A stretch of 64,000 bases of DNA. Source: Chiloscyllium plagiosum (Eukaryota). The notes under the pieces were generated by a model. It saw only the letters and a program-made list of their open reading frames with translations. It made no database searches and was not told the origin of the DNA. The position numbers and the translations under genes were made by a program. Numbering within the stretch: the first letter of the stretch is position 1; every line of letters starts with the position of its first letter. This document shows positions 1 to 12,550 of the stretch, piece after piece. The stretch is from positions 82,774,046 through 82,838,045 of the forward strand of contig NC_057711.1 of assembly GCF_004010195.1 (NCBI RefSeq). Direction: 5' to 3'.

Positions 1-496
1 AATGTATTGTATACAAACATTATTTGTGTAATATCTTTACATGTGTTCTTCTAAGGGGAAACATTCCTATGTAAACAATTATAATGAAAAAAAAACTGGA
101 ATGTAAGGATTTGTTTATAACAATTATTGCTTTGAAAAAAAGGCATTTTGTTTCCCCCAATAATAACTGAAGTTACATGTTTAAATACGGATAATACTTT
201 CAGGGGTTTTCATCATCTCCATATTTTCAACTTCCTGGGAAATCAGAGCATTCACTGCAGAAGCACTGATTGTTTACTTTCAATCTTTTGTGGACTGATT
301 GGCAAACTCAATTTGAGGACTTACAAGATTGTCAGGTTAGGTCTGTTTTCCCACTTAGCAGAAAGAACCTGGACCCTGGAATAACAGACGTTCTGCCATT
401 TGACATTGTTCATTTTTGGCCAGTTCCGTCAAACCTTCATATGTAGCAGCAAGAAGGTATAGTAAGGCTGTGTTAACGACAATGCCACGGTGCCAC

Positions 497-805
497 GGCA
501 CGGTGGCACAGTGGTTAGCACTGCTGCCTCACAGCGCCTGAGACCCGGGTTCAATTCCCGCCTCAGGCGACTGACTGTGTGGAGTTTGCACGTTCTCCCC
601 GTGTCTGCATGGGTTTCCTCCGGGTGCACCGGTTTCTTCCCACAGTCCAAAGATGTGCAGGTCAGGTGAATTGGCCATGCTAAAATTGCCCATAGTGTTA
701 GGTAAGGGGTAAGTGTAGGGGTATGGGTGGGTTGCGCTTCGGCGGGTCGGTGTGGACTTGTTGGGCCGAAGGGCCTGTTTCCACACTGTAATGTAATCTA
801 ATCTA
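497..805 (+). mobile_element. HE1-type tRNA-derived V-SINE, full length
   Basis: Pol III A box tggcacagtgg (504-514), B box ggttcaattccc (548-559), V-domain tgtgtggagtttgcacgttctccccgtgtctgc...ccacagtccaaaga, LINE-like tail ttgggccgaagggcctgtttcc ending in (aatct)n. Confidence 0.9.
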
Positions 806-1119
806 AAAAAAAGTGTATCTATCATAGGTTTGTCACTGAATTCAGAAGCTTAAATTCTAAAACACTGCTTCCAGTGTATGTACTCTGGCCCTCAGCTAGT
901 AAGTAGAAAGGATTCCTTAACAAACCAATAAAACATGCATTCAGGCACTAGGGAAGGCAATCTGCAGATATACATTAAATTGTTTTGACTGTTTATAGTA
1001 ACTAGGCTGAAAAATTATTTGTTTATTGACTGAGTGACAGATCTGCATTTGAAAAGACACAACAAAATTACTATTGTGATTTGGAATTGGCATTTCCATT
1101 TCATTCTATGGTGAAATAA

Positions 1120-1635
1120 AACTCTTAGCCACTCTTACGCAAGATATATTGGCCTTGGAGAGAGTGCAATGTAGGTTTACAAAAATTACCCCTGAACTGC
1201 AGGGGGTTAAGTTATAAAGATTGATTATACAAATATGCTTGTTTCAGTAGAATTTAGAAAGTTAAGGGTTATCTGAACGAAGTCTTTAAGATAACAATGG
1301 GAAAAGATGGTAAATAAAGATAAACTATTTCCACTGCTTAGAGATTCTATAATAGGGAGCACAATCTAAAAATGAGGATCAGACCATTCAGGAAAGATGT
1401 TAGTAAGCACCTCTTCACCCAGAGTAATAGAGGTTTGGACAAAGCTTCCGCAAAAATGGCAGTTGTTGCTAGATTGTTCGTAATTTTAAATCTGTGAGAT
1501 GGATAAAGCTTTGAAAAGGTATTAAGGGATATGGGCCAAAGGCAGGTAGATGGAGTTAGGCCACCAATCAGCCCTGATCTCATTGTATGGCAGAACAGGC
1601 TCAAGGGACTAAATGGTCTATTTCTGCTCCTGTAT
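1120..1635 (+). mobile_element. Decayed CR1-type LINE 3' end
   Basis: ttggagagagtgcaatgtaggtttac...ttcacccagagt...ggatatgggcca...aaatggtctatttctgctcctg matches other CR1 3' ends in the window; boundaries approximate. Confidence 0.6.
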
Positions 1636-4104
1636 TCCAGTGTTTCTTATTGATTGCCATCTTTTATTCTTCTTCAAACTCTGCTCATCATCTTTTGTGA
1701 ACTGTGCAGCTGTTTCACTTAATCCCATTCTTAGATCTTGCTCAAGGCAAACATTTTGGAAAGTGCACCATGAGATCACAGTTTTAGAGACTTGACTGAG
1801 AACAAGCTGCTGATCTTCTCTTGACCAATGAAATTTACTGAAACTATTAATTCAGAATTCCAGTAGTTTAATGTATACTCAGATGAATGAAGCTCATTGT
1901 GCTTTCAGTCTGAAACTCTGCTGGTCTAATGTGTTAACAGTCATAAAAAGTTGGTGGTGAAAATTTAACAATTATCTGAATGGGAGGGTTCATAAAAATG
2001 AATAAAATATGAAATAAAGATTTTGCAATCAGTCGTTCAGCCATGAGTGCTGAATGGATAATCCATCACTGCTCCCTCCAGTATCATAAATACTAGTCTT
2101 CATTGAATTTGATTTGATCCATTTGATATCAAGGAATGCTGAGTACACTGAATGCAGCAAGGCAGTAGGCCCCAGCGCCATTATGCTTGAGGTGCTGGAG
2201 ACTTGTGCTGCAGGAAGAGCTGTACCTCGAGCTAAACCTTGTGGTGTAGCTACAACTGGCATCTCTATGAAATTCTGGAGGATCTTCCAGCATATCCAGT
2301 CCTCAAAAAAAAAATCATAAACCAATTAGTTGCTGACCCATCAGCCAATTGTAGTCATTTCACAAGTGATGAGAGGTAAACAGTGGCACTTCCTCATTAA
2401 TAAATGCTCACTAATGTTCTATTTGAACTAGGACCAATAACCTCCAGACTCATTCAGCCTTTGCCCAAATTTGGAAAAAGATTTAAAATCCAGAAGTGAA
2501 GTAAGATGAATGCCTTTGTCATCAAGTCAGCATTTGATTGATTTGTGGCAGGTACTTCTAGTAAAACTGAACTTCTGTGAATGATGTCATATGCTGGATG
2601 AAGTCTTATCTAGCATGGAGGAAACTGGTTTTGATTGCTAGAGGCTATTTATCTCAGTTTCAGGATCCCATTACATGAGTTCCTCAAAGTGATATCCTTA
2701 GACTGACCTGTTCAGCTGCCTTATCAGCGACCTTCCTGTCCATCGGAAGATCTGAAAAAGGATATTTTCTGACAATTATACAGTTTCATTTGCAACTCCT
2801 TATGCTGCAAACATGGATACATTTGTGCTTATGCTAATAAGTGCCAGTTGACATTTTTGTCAGGTATGTATCTCCTTTTGACATTCAGCAGCATTACTAT
2901 TGTATCCTGTCATATGCATCCTGAGTTTGCCGTTGTCCAGGAACTTAACTGAAGCAGCCTATTAAATATTGTGGCTACAAGATTAGATCAGAGGCTGTGT
3001 ACTTAACAATGACTAGCTTGTCTCTTGACTTCCTGATCTACAAGGTTAGCAATGTGATGGAATACTCTCCATTTGCTGAGATGAGTATAATACCTATGAG
3101 CTCAACAACTACATAATAAAACAGCCTATATGATTGGCATTCCATTTTTGTTACTGTAAACATTCACTCTTTTAAAGGCAGGTACTCTGACTCGAGACAA
3201 CATGAATGGATAGCAGCAGCACGGATACTTTGGGAGACTGAAAGCACTTTGGATTGACATAACTTTTTAGATTTGCGTGTAGACTACTGATGGCCACAAT
3301 TACGTTGTTAGGGACTGTTAAGCTCTTAGTCAGTCATAAAAGAAAAGCCCTTGAATCTGAATTATTGAATTTAATAGACTCTGCATTCGCAAAACTAATT
3401 GTCAAACAATACTTGTTGTTCCTTGGAAAGACCCAGCCAAATAAAAGTTCAGAGCTTTGATAATTCCATCAGTTATTTGTCTGAGTCATTGAAGCAGTAA
3501 ACACTCTTGTGCACAAGACCCTTTCCTGATTCTTTGTGGCCTAAGACAAAATTTCTAACTAGTTGTATGGAAGGCACTATATCCTGATGGGATATGTGTT
3601 ATTTAGATGCTGCCTGATCCATAAGAAATAGGAAGAGAAGTAAGCTGTTTGACCTTTTGAACCTGCTCTTCCATTATTAGGATCACGGCTGATCTGACAT
3701 GCCTTACATTCAGGTGCTGCTGCATTTTCTACTGATCAAGAATCCATCTCAGCCTTAAAGATGCACAAAGACTCTGCCCCCCATCTCTCTGTGGTAAGGA
3801 GTTCCACAGACTCTCAACTGTGTGACAGAAGAAATTCCTCCTCATCTCAGTCTTAAATTGGCTGGTGAGACTCTGCTATGCAGGAAAACACCATTTCTGC
3901 ATTTACCCTGTCAAGCCCCTGATATTTCAATGAGATCACCACTCATTCTTTTAAACTTCAATGAGTAGAATCCAACCTATTTAACCTTCCCTCATAAGGC
4001 AATCCCTGCATACTGGGGATCATCCTAGAGAGCAAACTCTGAGTTGCCGATAATGAAATAAAATATTTTCTGAGATAAGGGAACCAGTACTCTCAATACT
4101 TCAA

Positions 4105-6250
4105 AGAACAAAGAACAAAGAAAATTTACAGCCCAGGAACAGGCCTTTCAGCCCTTCAAGCCTGAGCCAATCCAAATGTACTGTCGGTCAATTCCTAAAC
4201 ATTTGTAACCCTCTGCTCCCCACCTACTCATGCATCTGTCCAGATGCATCTTAAATGAATCTACCGTGCCTGTCTCTACCACCTCTGCTGGCAATGCGTT
4301 CCAAATGCCCACCACCCTGTGTGTGCAGTACTTGCTGCGTGTATCCCTTAAACTTTCCACCTCTCACCTTGAAAGCATGACCTCTGGTTATTGAATCCTT
4401 CACCCTGGGAAAAAGCTTGTTTCTGTCCACCCTGTCTATACCCTTCATGATTTTGTAAACCTCAATCAGGTCCCCCTCAATCTCCTTTTTTCTAGTGAAA
4501 ATAAACCTAACCTGCTCAACCTCTCTTCATAGCTAGCACCTTGCATACCAGGCAACATCTTCGTAAACCTTCTCTGCACCCTCTCCAAAGCGTCCACATC
4601 CTTTTGGTAATGTGGCGACCAAAACTGTACACAATACTCTAAATGCGGCCGAACCAATGTCTTGTACAATTTTAACATGACTTGCCAGCTCTTACACTCA
4701 ATACCCTATCCATTGAAGGCAAGCATACTATATGCCTTCTTGACCACTCTATCCACCAGTGCAGCAACCTTCAGGGTATCTCTCTGCCCATCAACTTTTC
4801 CCAAGGTTCTTCCATTCATTGTATAATTCGCTCTAGAATTAGGTTTGCCTAAATGCATCACCTCACATTTGTCTGGATTGAAAGCCATCTGCCACTTTTC
4901 CACCCAACTCTCCAGTCTATCTATATCCTCCTGTATTCTCTGACAGTCCCTTATGCTTTCTGCTACTCCGCTAATCTTTGTGTCATCTGCAAACTTGCTG
5001 ATCATACCAACAATGCCTCTTCCAGATCATTTATGTATATAACAAACAGTGGCCCCAATACTGACCCCTGTGGAACACCATTGGTCACCTTTCTCAATTT
5101 CGAGAAACTCCCTTCAACTACTACTCTCTGTCTCCTGTTGCTCAACCAGTTCTTTATCCACCTCGCTAGAACACCCTGCACACCATGTGACTTCACTTTC
5201 TCCATTAGTCTACAATGGGGAACCTTATCAAATGCTTTACTGAAGTCCATGTATATGACATCAACAGCCCTTCCTTCATCTAACAACTTAATCACTTCCT
5301 CAAAGAACTGTATTAAGTTGGTAAGGCATGATCTCCCCCACACAAAAACATGTTACTTATCACGGAGAAGTTCATTCTTTTCTAAACATAAATAGATCCC
5401 ATCTCTTAGTACCCTCACAGCAACATCCCCACCACCGACGTCCAGCTCACTGGTCTGCAGTTACCCAGAATATCCCTCCTACCCTTCTTGTACAGGGGGA
5501 CAACATAAGCTACCCTCCAGTCCTCCGGCACCTCACCTGTATTTCAGGATGCCACAAAGATATCTGTCAGGGATTTTCCTGCTCCTTGGATGCTGCCTGA
5601 ACTGCTGTGCTTTTCCAGCACCACTCTAATCCAGAATCTGATTTCCAGCGTCTGCAGTCATTGTTTTTACCCATCTGTCAGGGCCCCAGCTATTTCCTCT
5701 CTCTCCTCCTTCAGCAACCTGGGATAGATCCCATCCGGTCCTGGGGATTTGTCCACCTTAATAACCTCTAGCATACCCAACACATCTTTCCTACTTATGC
5801 CAACGTGATCCAGACTAATGAAACTTCTATCTCTAATCTCAAGATTCTTCATGTTCCTCTCCTCAGTGAACACTGATGCAAAGTAATCATTCAGAATCTC
5901 ACCCATTCTCTCAGGTTCAGAACACAGCCTTCCTTCATTATCTTTTGTGGACCAATCCTTTCTCTACTTACCCACTTGCTTCTTATGTAAGAATAAAATG
6001 CTTTGGTATTTTCCTTAATTCTGCTTGCTAAGGCTTTTTCATGACCCCTTTTCATCCACTTGATTCTTTGTTTAAGACTTGTCCTTCTCTTCCGATATTC
6101 CTCCAGGGCCCGTTCTGTTCGTAGCTGCCTAGACCTTATGTACGCTTCCCTTTTCCTCTTGGCTAGTCGTACAATTTCTCCTGTCATCCACGGTTCATGA
6201 ATCTTGCGCTTCCTATCCTTTGCCTTTAACGGGACATGCCTATCCTGCAT
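4105..6250 (-). mobile_element. CR1-clade LINE, 5'-truncated ORF2 (RT) with frameshifts and (ctttgtt)n tail
   Basis: Minus-strand ORF pieces [77 protein letters not shown]; tail aaagaacaaagaacaaag at the left end. Confidence 0.9.
5572..5672 (+). mobile_element. ~100-bp PLE terminal-repeat fragment inserted in the CR1, with target-site duplication
   Basis: Flanked by atctgtcaggg at 5562-5572 and 5673-5683; body gattttcctgctccttggatgctgcctga... matches the PLE termini elsewhere. Confidence 0.85.
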
Positions 6251-7012
6251 TACTGCTCAGATATGGAATCACAGTTTCAGCAAGACTGCCTTACTGTTAT
6301 ATTCTAACTTGAAATAAGGACTAATCTCTATTAGCCTTTGTGTTCTCCTGGCTTCTCTAGCCGTTTCCTCTTCCTCCCAACATTTGCACCATATATAAGG
6401 ATTCAAATATGGGACCTCATATTTAAACATTTCTCTAATTTTAGGAAATTCCTTCAAAAGGTTAAGTCTGGGTTCAAGATTCTACTGTTCATCAGACAGT
6501 GATATTCAAAATGTCTTCTCAAAATACAGTTAAATAGCAAAATCTACAGCCTCTGATTTTGATGTACTGTCACCAAATTTACAGATGACACAAAACTGTG
6601 GGAAGGCAAGCAGTGAGGATGATGCAAGGAATGTAAAAAGGGTTATCGATAGACTAAGTCAGCTAGCAAAAACCTGGCAGATAGAATATAATATGAATAT
6701 GTGAGGTTGTGCACTTCGCAGAAGGAATATAAGGGTTAAGGATGTCTCAAAGTGGTTAAAGCATATTGTTAAAGGGGAGAGTGAGAAGCCACAAGTTGTT
6801 GTACATGTTAGTAGGAACAAAACAGTTAGGAAAAGAGCTAAGTTTTTGCAGAGTTCATTTAAGAGGTTTGGTAGGTTAAAAAGCAGAACCTGGAAGGTAA
6901 TAATCTCTGGTTTACTCCGGGTGCCATATTCTAATGAGAATAGGAATAAAAAAAAGAAAGATAAATTAATGGCTGAAGAGATGCTGCAATTTGCAATTAT
7001 TGGATCAGGATA

Positions 7013-7317
7013 GGCAGCATGGTGGCTCAGTGGTTAGCACTGCTGCCTCACAGCGCCAGGTCCCAGGTTCGATTCCAGCCTTGGATGACTGTTTGTGTGG
7101 AGTTTGCACATTCTCCCCGTGTCTGCATGGGTTTCCTCTGGATGGTCCGGTTTCCTCCCATATTCCAAAGATGTGCAGGTCAGGTGAATTGGCTATGCTA
7201 AATTGTCCATAGTTGTTAGGAGCATCTGTCGGGGGGGTGATTTACTCTTCGGAGGGTCAGTGTGGACTTGTTGGGCCGAAGGGCCTGTTTCCACACTGTA
7301 GGGAATCTAACCTAATC
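7013..7317 (+). mobile_element. HE1-type V-SINE inserted in a CR1 ORF1 remnant
   Basis: Same A/B boxes, V-domain and tail as 497-805. Confidence 0.88.
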
Positions 7318-7658
7318 AATCTCTTCTGGGCAAACAAAAACCCTGCTGAAAAGGGATGGATTTCACTTAAATTGAAAAGGGACCAACATCCTGATGGGCA
7401 GATGTGCTAGTTCTATTTTGGGAGCCTTTAAGCTGGGAGAAGCAAGGTAGAAGGTTCCTAAGTAGCAGAAAAAATAAAAAGACAGATAAGAATGATTCTG
7501 AACCAGAAAAGAGCAAGTCCATTAGAAAAGGCAGATGAACAAGTCAGTGGTGCGTGTATGGAATGAGCTGCCAGAGATTGTGGTGGAGGCTGGTACAATT
7601 ACAGCGTTTAAACAGTATCTGGATGGGTATATGAATAGGAAGGGTTTAAAGGGATATG

Positions 7659-7821
7659 AGTTGAGAGTATGTTGCTGGAAAAGCACAGCAGGTCAGGCAG
7701 CATCCGAGGAGCAGGAAAGTTGACATTTCTGGCCAGAGCCCTTCATCAGGAATGAAGGTGGGAGCCTCATGGTTGGAGAGATAAGTGGGGGCTGGGAGCC
7801 TCGGGGGTGGAGAGATAAATA
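7659..7821 (-). mobile_element. PLE terminal-repeat fragment with decayed hammerhead, inserted in a CR1/HER1 3' tail
   Basis: Minus strand reads cattcCTGATGAagggctctggccaGAAAtgtc; flanks aaagggatatg (7648-7658) and aaagtgatatg (7822-7832). Confidence 0.75.
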
Positions 7822-8479
7822 AAAGTGATATGGGCCAAGTACTGGCAAATGAGACTAGATTAGTTTAGGATATCTGGTTGGCATGGATGAGTTGGACCAA
7901 AGGATCTGTTTCCGTGCTGTACATCTCTATGACTCTAAGAGAAAGAGGTAACTTTGAAGGATCTGACTGCATTTATTTCAATGCAAGGGGTCTTATTGGT
8001 AAGGCTGATGAATTCTGGGCATGTATGGGAATGTGGGACTCGGACATAATAGCTATGCACAGGCACAGTATATAGGTGGAGAGATAATGGCCTGTGCGCT
8101 TCCCTCCACTTCACCTGATGAAGGAGCAATGATTTCAAATAAACCTGGAGGACTATAACCTGGTGTCATGTGACTTCTGACTTTCTCCACCCTAGTCCAA
8201 CACCAACACATCAACATCATGGTCACTCATTTAAGACAGAGGTGAAGAGGATGTTTTTCTGAGTGTTGAAAATTTGTGGAATTCTTTCCCACAGAATGTT
8301 GTGAGCCCTGAGTGCTAAATATATTTAAGGCTGGGATAGACAGATTTCTAATCATAAAGGGAATCCAGGGTTATGGGAATAAGATAGAAAAGTGGATTTG
8401 AGGATTATCAGATCATCCTTGATCTCATTGAAAGATGAAGTGGACCTGATGGGGCAAATAGCCTACTTCTGTACCTATG

Positions 8480-8687
8480 AGAAAGTGAGCACTGCAGAGC
8501 TGAAGATCAGAGTCAAAGAGTGTGGTGCTGGAAAAGTACAGCTGGTCAAGCAACATCTGAGGAGCAGGAGAATCGACATTTTGGGCATAAGTCCTTCCTG
8601 ATGTGGGCTTGTGCCCAATACGTCGATTCTCCTGCTCCTCAGATGCTGCCTGACCGGCTGTGCTTTTCCCGCTCCATACTCTTCCAT
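8480..8687. mobile_element. Fold-back (inverted) PLE terminal-repeat mini-element
   Basis: Arm gctggaaaagtacagctggtc...ttttgggcataag faces its reverse complement; TSD ttctgtacctatg (8467-8479) / ttctgtatctatg (8688-8700). Confidence 0.8.
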
Positions 8688-9249
8688 TTCTGTATCTATG
8701 TTTTACGGACTTTCCTTTTTTATTAAGTTATTTCTTACTTGATCAGCATGAAAGGTATAGTTACATCATCAACTAAGCGACATTGGTTTAGGCTGAACAT
8801 GTGTTGCTGTCTACCATCTTTAGCAGAGTTTTTGACAATGTAGAAACTAGGAAAATCCCTGTAGATTTGATGCTAACCCCAAATTGTACTTTAGGATTTG
8901 TTGTTAGTGTAGTGAAATGTAACAGCTAATTTGCAAACACAGAGATTCCAAATTCCAACAACAAGATAAATAATTATATCAATTTTTCTGAAGTTTGTTA
9001 AGGCATAGTTGTTGGACAGGACATTGGGAGAATTCCTCCTTGCTTATTTCACTTTTAAAAGTGCAAATTAATCTTTTATTCCACCTGAAATAGATTAATG
9101 TCTCTCCTGAAAATTAGCAATTCACACAGTACAATGTTCCTTCGCTATTACATTATAATGTAAGAATGTCTGCTCAAGCATCTGAGTGGGACTTGAGTCC
9201 CTGGTGGAGTTGTATACATGAATTTAAGTATATTTCATTTATTTTGCAG

Positions 9250-9439
9250 GGTACTTTTGCATGGTGATTGCAGCATGTATTTTGAACTTTCAAAGAGCTC
9301 TTGGACTTCTTATTTTAACACTGATTGCCATTTTCTTTTACTTTTGGGATATGCTTATTGAGAAGTATGAAGATACAATTGCTGAGTTTATTTCTTTACA
9401 TAGCAAATTCCTCGGACAACACTGGATTTTATTCAAAAT
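9250..9439 (+). CDS. SLC28A3: Internal coding exon (190 bp) of a concentrative Na+/nucleoside cotransporter, CNT3-like
   Basis: Acceptor ttttgcag|GG, donor AT|gtgagt. Translates xYFCMVIAACILNFQRALGLLILTLIAIFFYFWDMLIEKYEDTIAEFISLHSKFLGQHWILFK, resembling CNT3 as recalled (YLVMVISACVLNFHRAL...WDHLMAKYEHRI...HWFWLK). Ends in phase 2, compatible with the next exon. Confidence 0.9.
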
Positions 9440-10639
9440 GTGAGTAAAGCATGTATCTAGACATCTATATCAATTCAATTGAGTTTATTCTTTTTATACA
9501 ATTTATGTATTTTTATGCTTAGTGTCAGTATTTCATTTTTAACTTTTTGTATAATATGCATCTAGTCTTCCCAAGGGCTTCATAGGCTGACGAAATGGTG
9601 AATTTGTCCACCATTTCTCAGTTGCAGGCAGTTAGGTGTTGCAGCCGCACGGGTCTGGCAAGGAGTGGTGATGGGCCTCATTGTAGTCCGGTGCCAGTGA
9701 ACGCTCGCACGCTGACTTCGTAAATTCTAGTGGGATCAAGGATTGAGAACATGTGGATGTGGTCTTGACATTTGTGCCAATGTATTCATAATAAACATAG
9801 AATGTGTTCACAGCATTATGTTTTATAACATTAGTATAGCGGCTGTAATTTTGTCATGAATCATCTGGGTGATCCAAATTAAGGCTCTGTTGTTATGCAC
9901 ACGACTTCCTGACTCAGTATGAAGCTTGAGAGAGTCACCGTGATGATCTCCAGAAGTTATTTCTCTCTAATTCCTCTGATCAGATTCTTTGTCCTGCTTT
10001 ACCACTCTTAAGCTAATTTGCCTGACCTGTCCATTTTCCTTTATTGAATGTTCCACAAAATTCCTTATAATTTTCAAATTTAATTAATAATGTGACCTAT
10101 CCTTTCTTCCAAATCATTAATGAAAAGAAGCAGATCCACCATTGAACTCTGTGAATCCTACTCTCAAAGAGTTTCTGTTGGAACATTTAATTTAAAATCC
10201 TTTTGTACAATGTATCAAGAAGCTTTTTGAAAATCCAAGAGAGTGATCTGATGTTTAAAAGCAGAATAAAGTTTCACCTTTCCAGCCGTAGAAAATATGC
10301 CAAATTTTCCAGAGGAGAGCACCTCTTTCTATGTTTTTTATACTAAAAGTATTGTGGATATCTGCAATCAAGCAAGCTAACAAAAGCATGTGTTATGTTG
10401 ATCCAAAAAGGAGAGAGATAATTAATTAGTTGAATGGTGCTTAAGATTCATCTGAAGTTATGTGATCAATACCATACATATATGATGTTCTGTAAAATTG
10501 ACCCTCTGGAAAGACAAGTATTGATTATTTAAGACAATAGTGTAAGATGGTGTTGTAATGACTGTGTAAGATTGTGTAGAGGAGATGTGGATTGAATAAA
10601 TATTCTAGAGATTTATTTCATTCATCTGCAAGGTGTGGC

Positions 10640-12550
10640 CAAACCAACTCGGCCTCAACCTTTCTGTGGCAGAGGATTCCACGAGCTCACTACTTTCTGG
10701 GTGAAGAGATTTCTCCCCATTTTAGTTCTAAATGGCCTCCCATGTGACTGTGACTCCTAGTTCTGGAGTTGCCAGTCATTGGGAACATCCTTCCTTCATT
10801 TGCCTTGTCTTGTCCTCTTAGAATTTTAAAGCTTTCTGTGAGATTCCCCTTAATTCTTCTCAACTCCAGTGAACATAGTCCTAGCTGATCCAGGATCTTG
10901 TCATATGTTAGTACTGTCATCACAGGAATCAGTCTGATAAATGTTTGTTACACTCCCTCCATAGCCACAACATACCGCTACAGATAAGGCAACAAACTGT
11001 ACACACTACTGCTGGTCTGATCAAGACCCTGTACAGCTGAGCAAGGATATCTTTGCTCCTGTACTTGAATCCTCTTGCTATGAAAGCCAACATACTATTT
11101 GTCGCCTTTACTACCTGCTGCACCTGCATGCTTGCTTTCAGTAAATGGTGTACAACGACGCCCAATTCTTGTTGCATCTCCCCCTTTCCTAATCTACTAC
11201 TATTCAGATAATAATCTCATCCTTGCTTTTGCTACCAAAGTGGATAACCTTATATTTATCCACTGTATACTTCATCTGCCATGCACGTCCCACCTACTCA
11301 ACATGTCCAAACCACACTAAAGCATCTCTGTTCTCACAGTTCGCCCTCCCAACCAGTTTTATGTCATCTGCAAGTTGATAGTTCATTTAGTAACTAAGGT
11401 CCAAGCATTGGACTCTGTGGTTCACCACTAGCCATTGCCTGCCACTTGGAAGATTTATTCCTACTGTTTGTTTCCTGTCTGCTTTAACTTCTCTATCCAT
11501 GTCTACCCCAATTTCTTGAGTGAGACATTATTGAAAGCCTTCTGAAAGTCCAAATAAGTCACATCAACTGCCTTTTCCTTATCAAGTCTACTAGGTACAT
11601 CCGTGAAACATTCCAACACGTTTGTCAAGCATGATTTATCTTTCATGAGCTCATATTGACTCTGTCCAATTCTGTCACGGTTTTCAAGTACATTGATGTT
11701 AAATTTTTTGTATTGGACATTGGGATTTTCCTGAACAGAGATTGATATCCCATCACCAAGACATCCTTTATTTACATGTGCGCACCACACTGGCTGTGGC
11801 TAGCCAGCTCGACATTAGTCCCCTGAAATCATGAGACTCTGAATCCCCTGTTTATTTTTTTTTTCTTTTCTTTTCTTTTTCTTTTTTGTGTGATCAAAAA
11901 CAGTGAAGGGGAGGGTAGGGACTAAATCAAAATAGAGTTGAAGGGAGAAATGATGCAAAACTCCCCTTTTTCTTTTTAATCCCCTGTTTATATCTATCAG
12001 CTAGGGCTCCCTGATTGGTCCAGGTTAACAACTGCATTCAAGGATCTTGTAATCAATAATAACCATTTGGTTCTGATCACTATACCCAAGTACCAATGTT
12101 GGGCTAACCAGTCTATAATTCTATTTTCCCTCTATCTCCTTTTTAAAATGATAGTGTTACATTAGCTATCTTCCAAACAATAAAATCTGTTCTAGAGTTA
12201 GTAGAATCTTGAAAAATGACCACTAATGCATCCACTGTTTCTGGGTCACATCCTTAAATACTCTGGGATGTTGATTATTAGCCTCTTGGAATTTGTTGGC
12301 CTTTAATCCCATCAATATCCCCAACACCATTTACCTACTAATACTGACTCTCTTTAGTTCTTTCCTTTAACTTGAGTTTATACTCCACAACATTTTTGAA
12401 ATGTTGTTTGTGTTTTCATTTGTAAGGCAGAGCTAAAGTATGTATTGGGTTTGTTTGTCATCTCTTTGTTTCTGGTTATAACTTGCCATGTTTTTGATTA
12501 CATTTGTCTTCATTAATCTTTACCTCTTCATGTATTGGTAGAAACTTTTA
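10640..12550 (-). mobile_element. Decayed CR1 LINE ORF2, interrupted by other insertions
   Basis: ORF pieces VDVTYLDFQKAF, QQVVKATNSMLAFIARGFKYRSKD, LCSLELRRIKGNL; boundaries approximate. Confidence 0.75.
11856..11977 (-). mobile_element. Short A-tailed retroposed insertion with 14-bp TSD
   Basis: aatcccctgtttat at 11842-11855 and 11978-11991; T-rich run at left is an A-rich 3' tail on the minus strand. Confidence 0.75.

Noticed and set aside
497..570. tRNA gene
   Set aside because: The A/B boxes belong to the tRNA-derived SINE head and continue into the V-domain in every copy.
429..825. ORFs of 73-98 aa that recur at 38532-38921 and elsewhere
   Set aside because: They are translations of the HE1 SINE, not protein genes.
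6269..6457. 62-aa minus-strand ORF (KEFPKIREMFKYEVP...)
   Set aside because: No recognisable motif or splice context; lies between repeat remnants.
1..9249. Upstream SLC28A3 exon or promoter
   Set aside because: No CNT-like peptide with splice sites was found; no supportable promoter.
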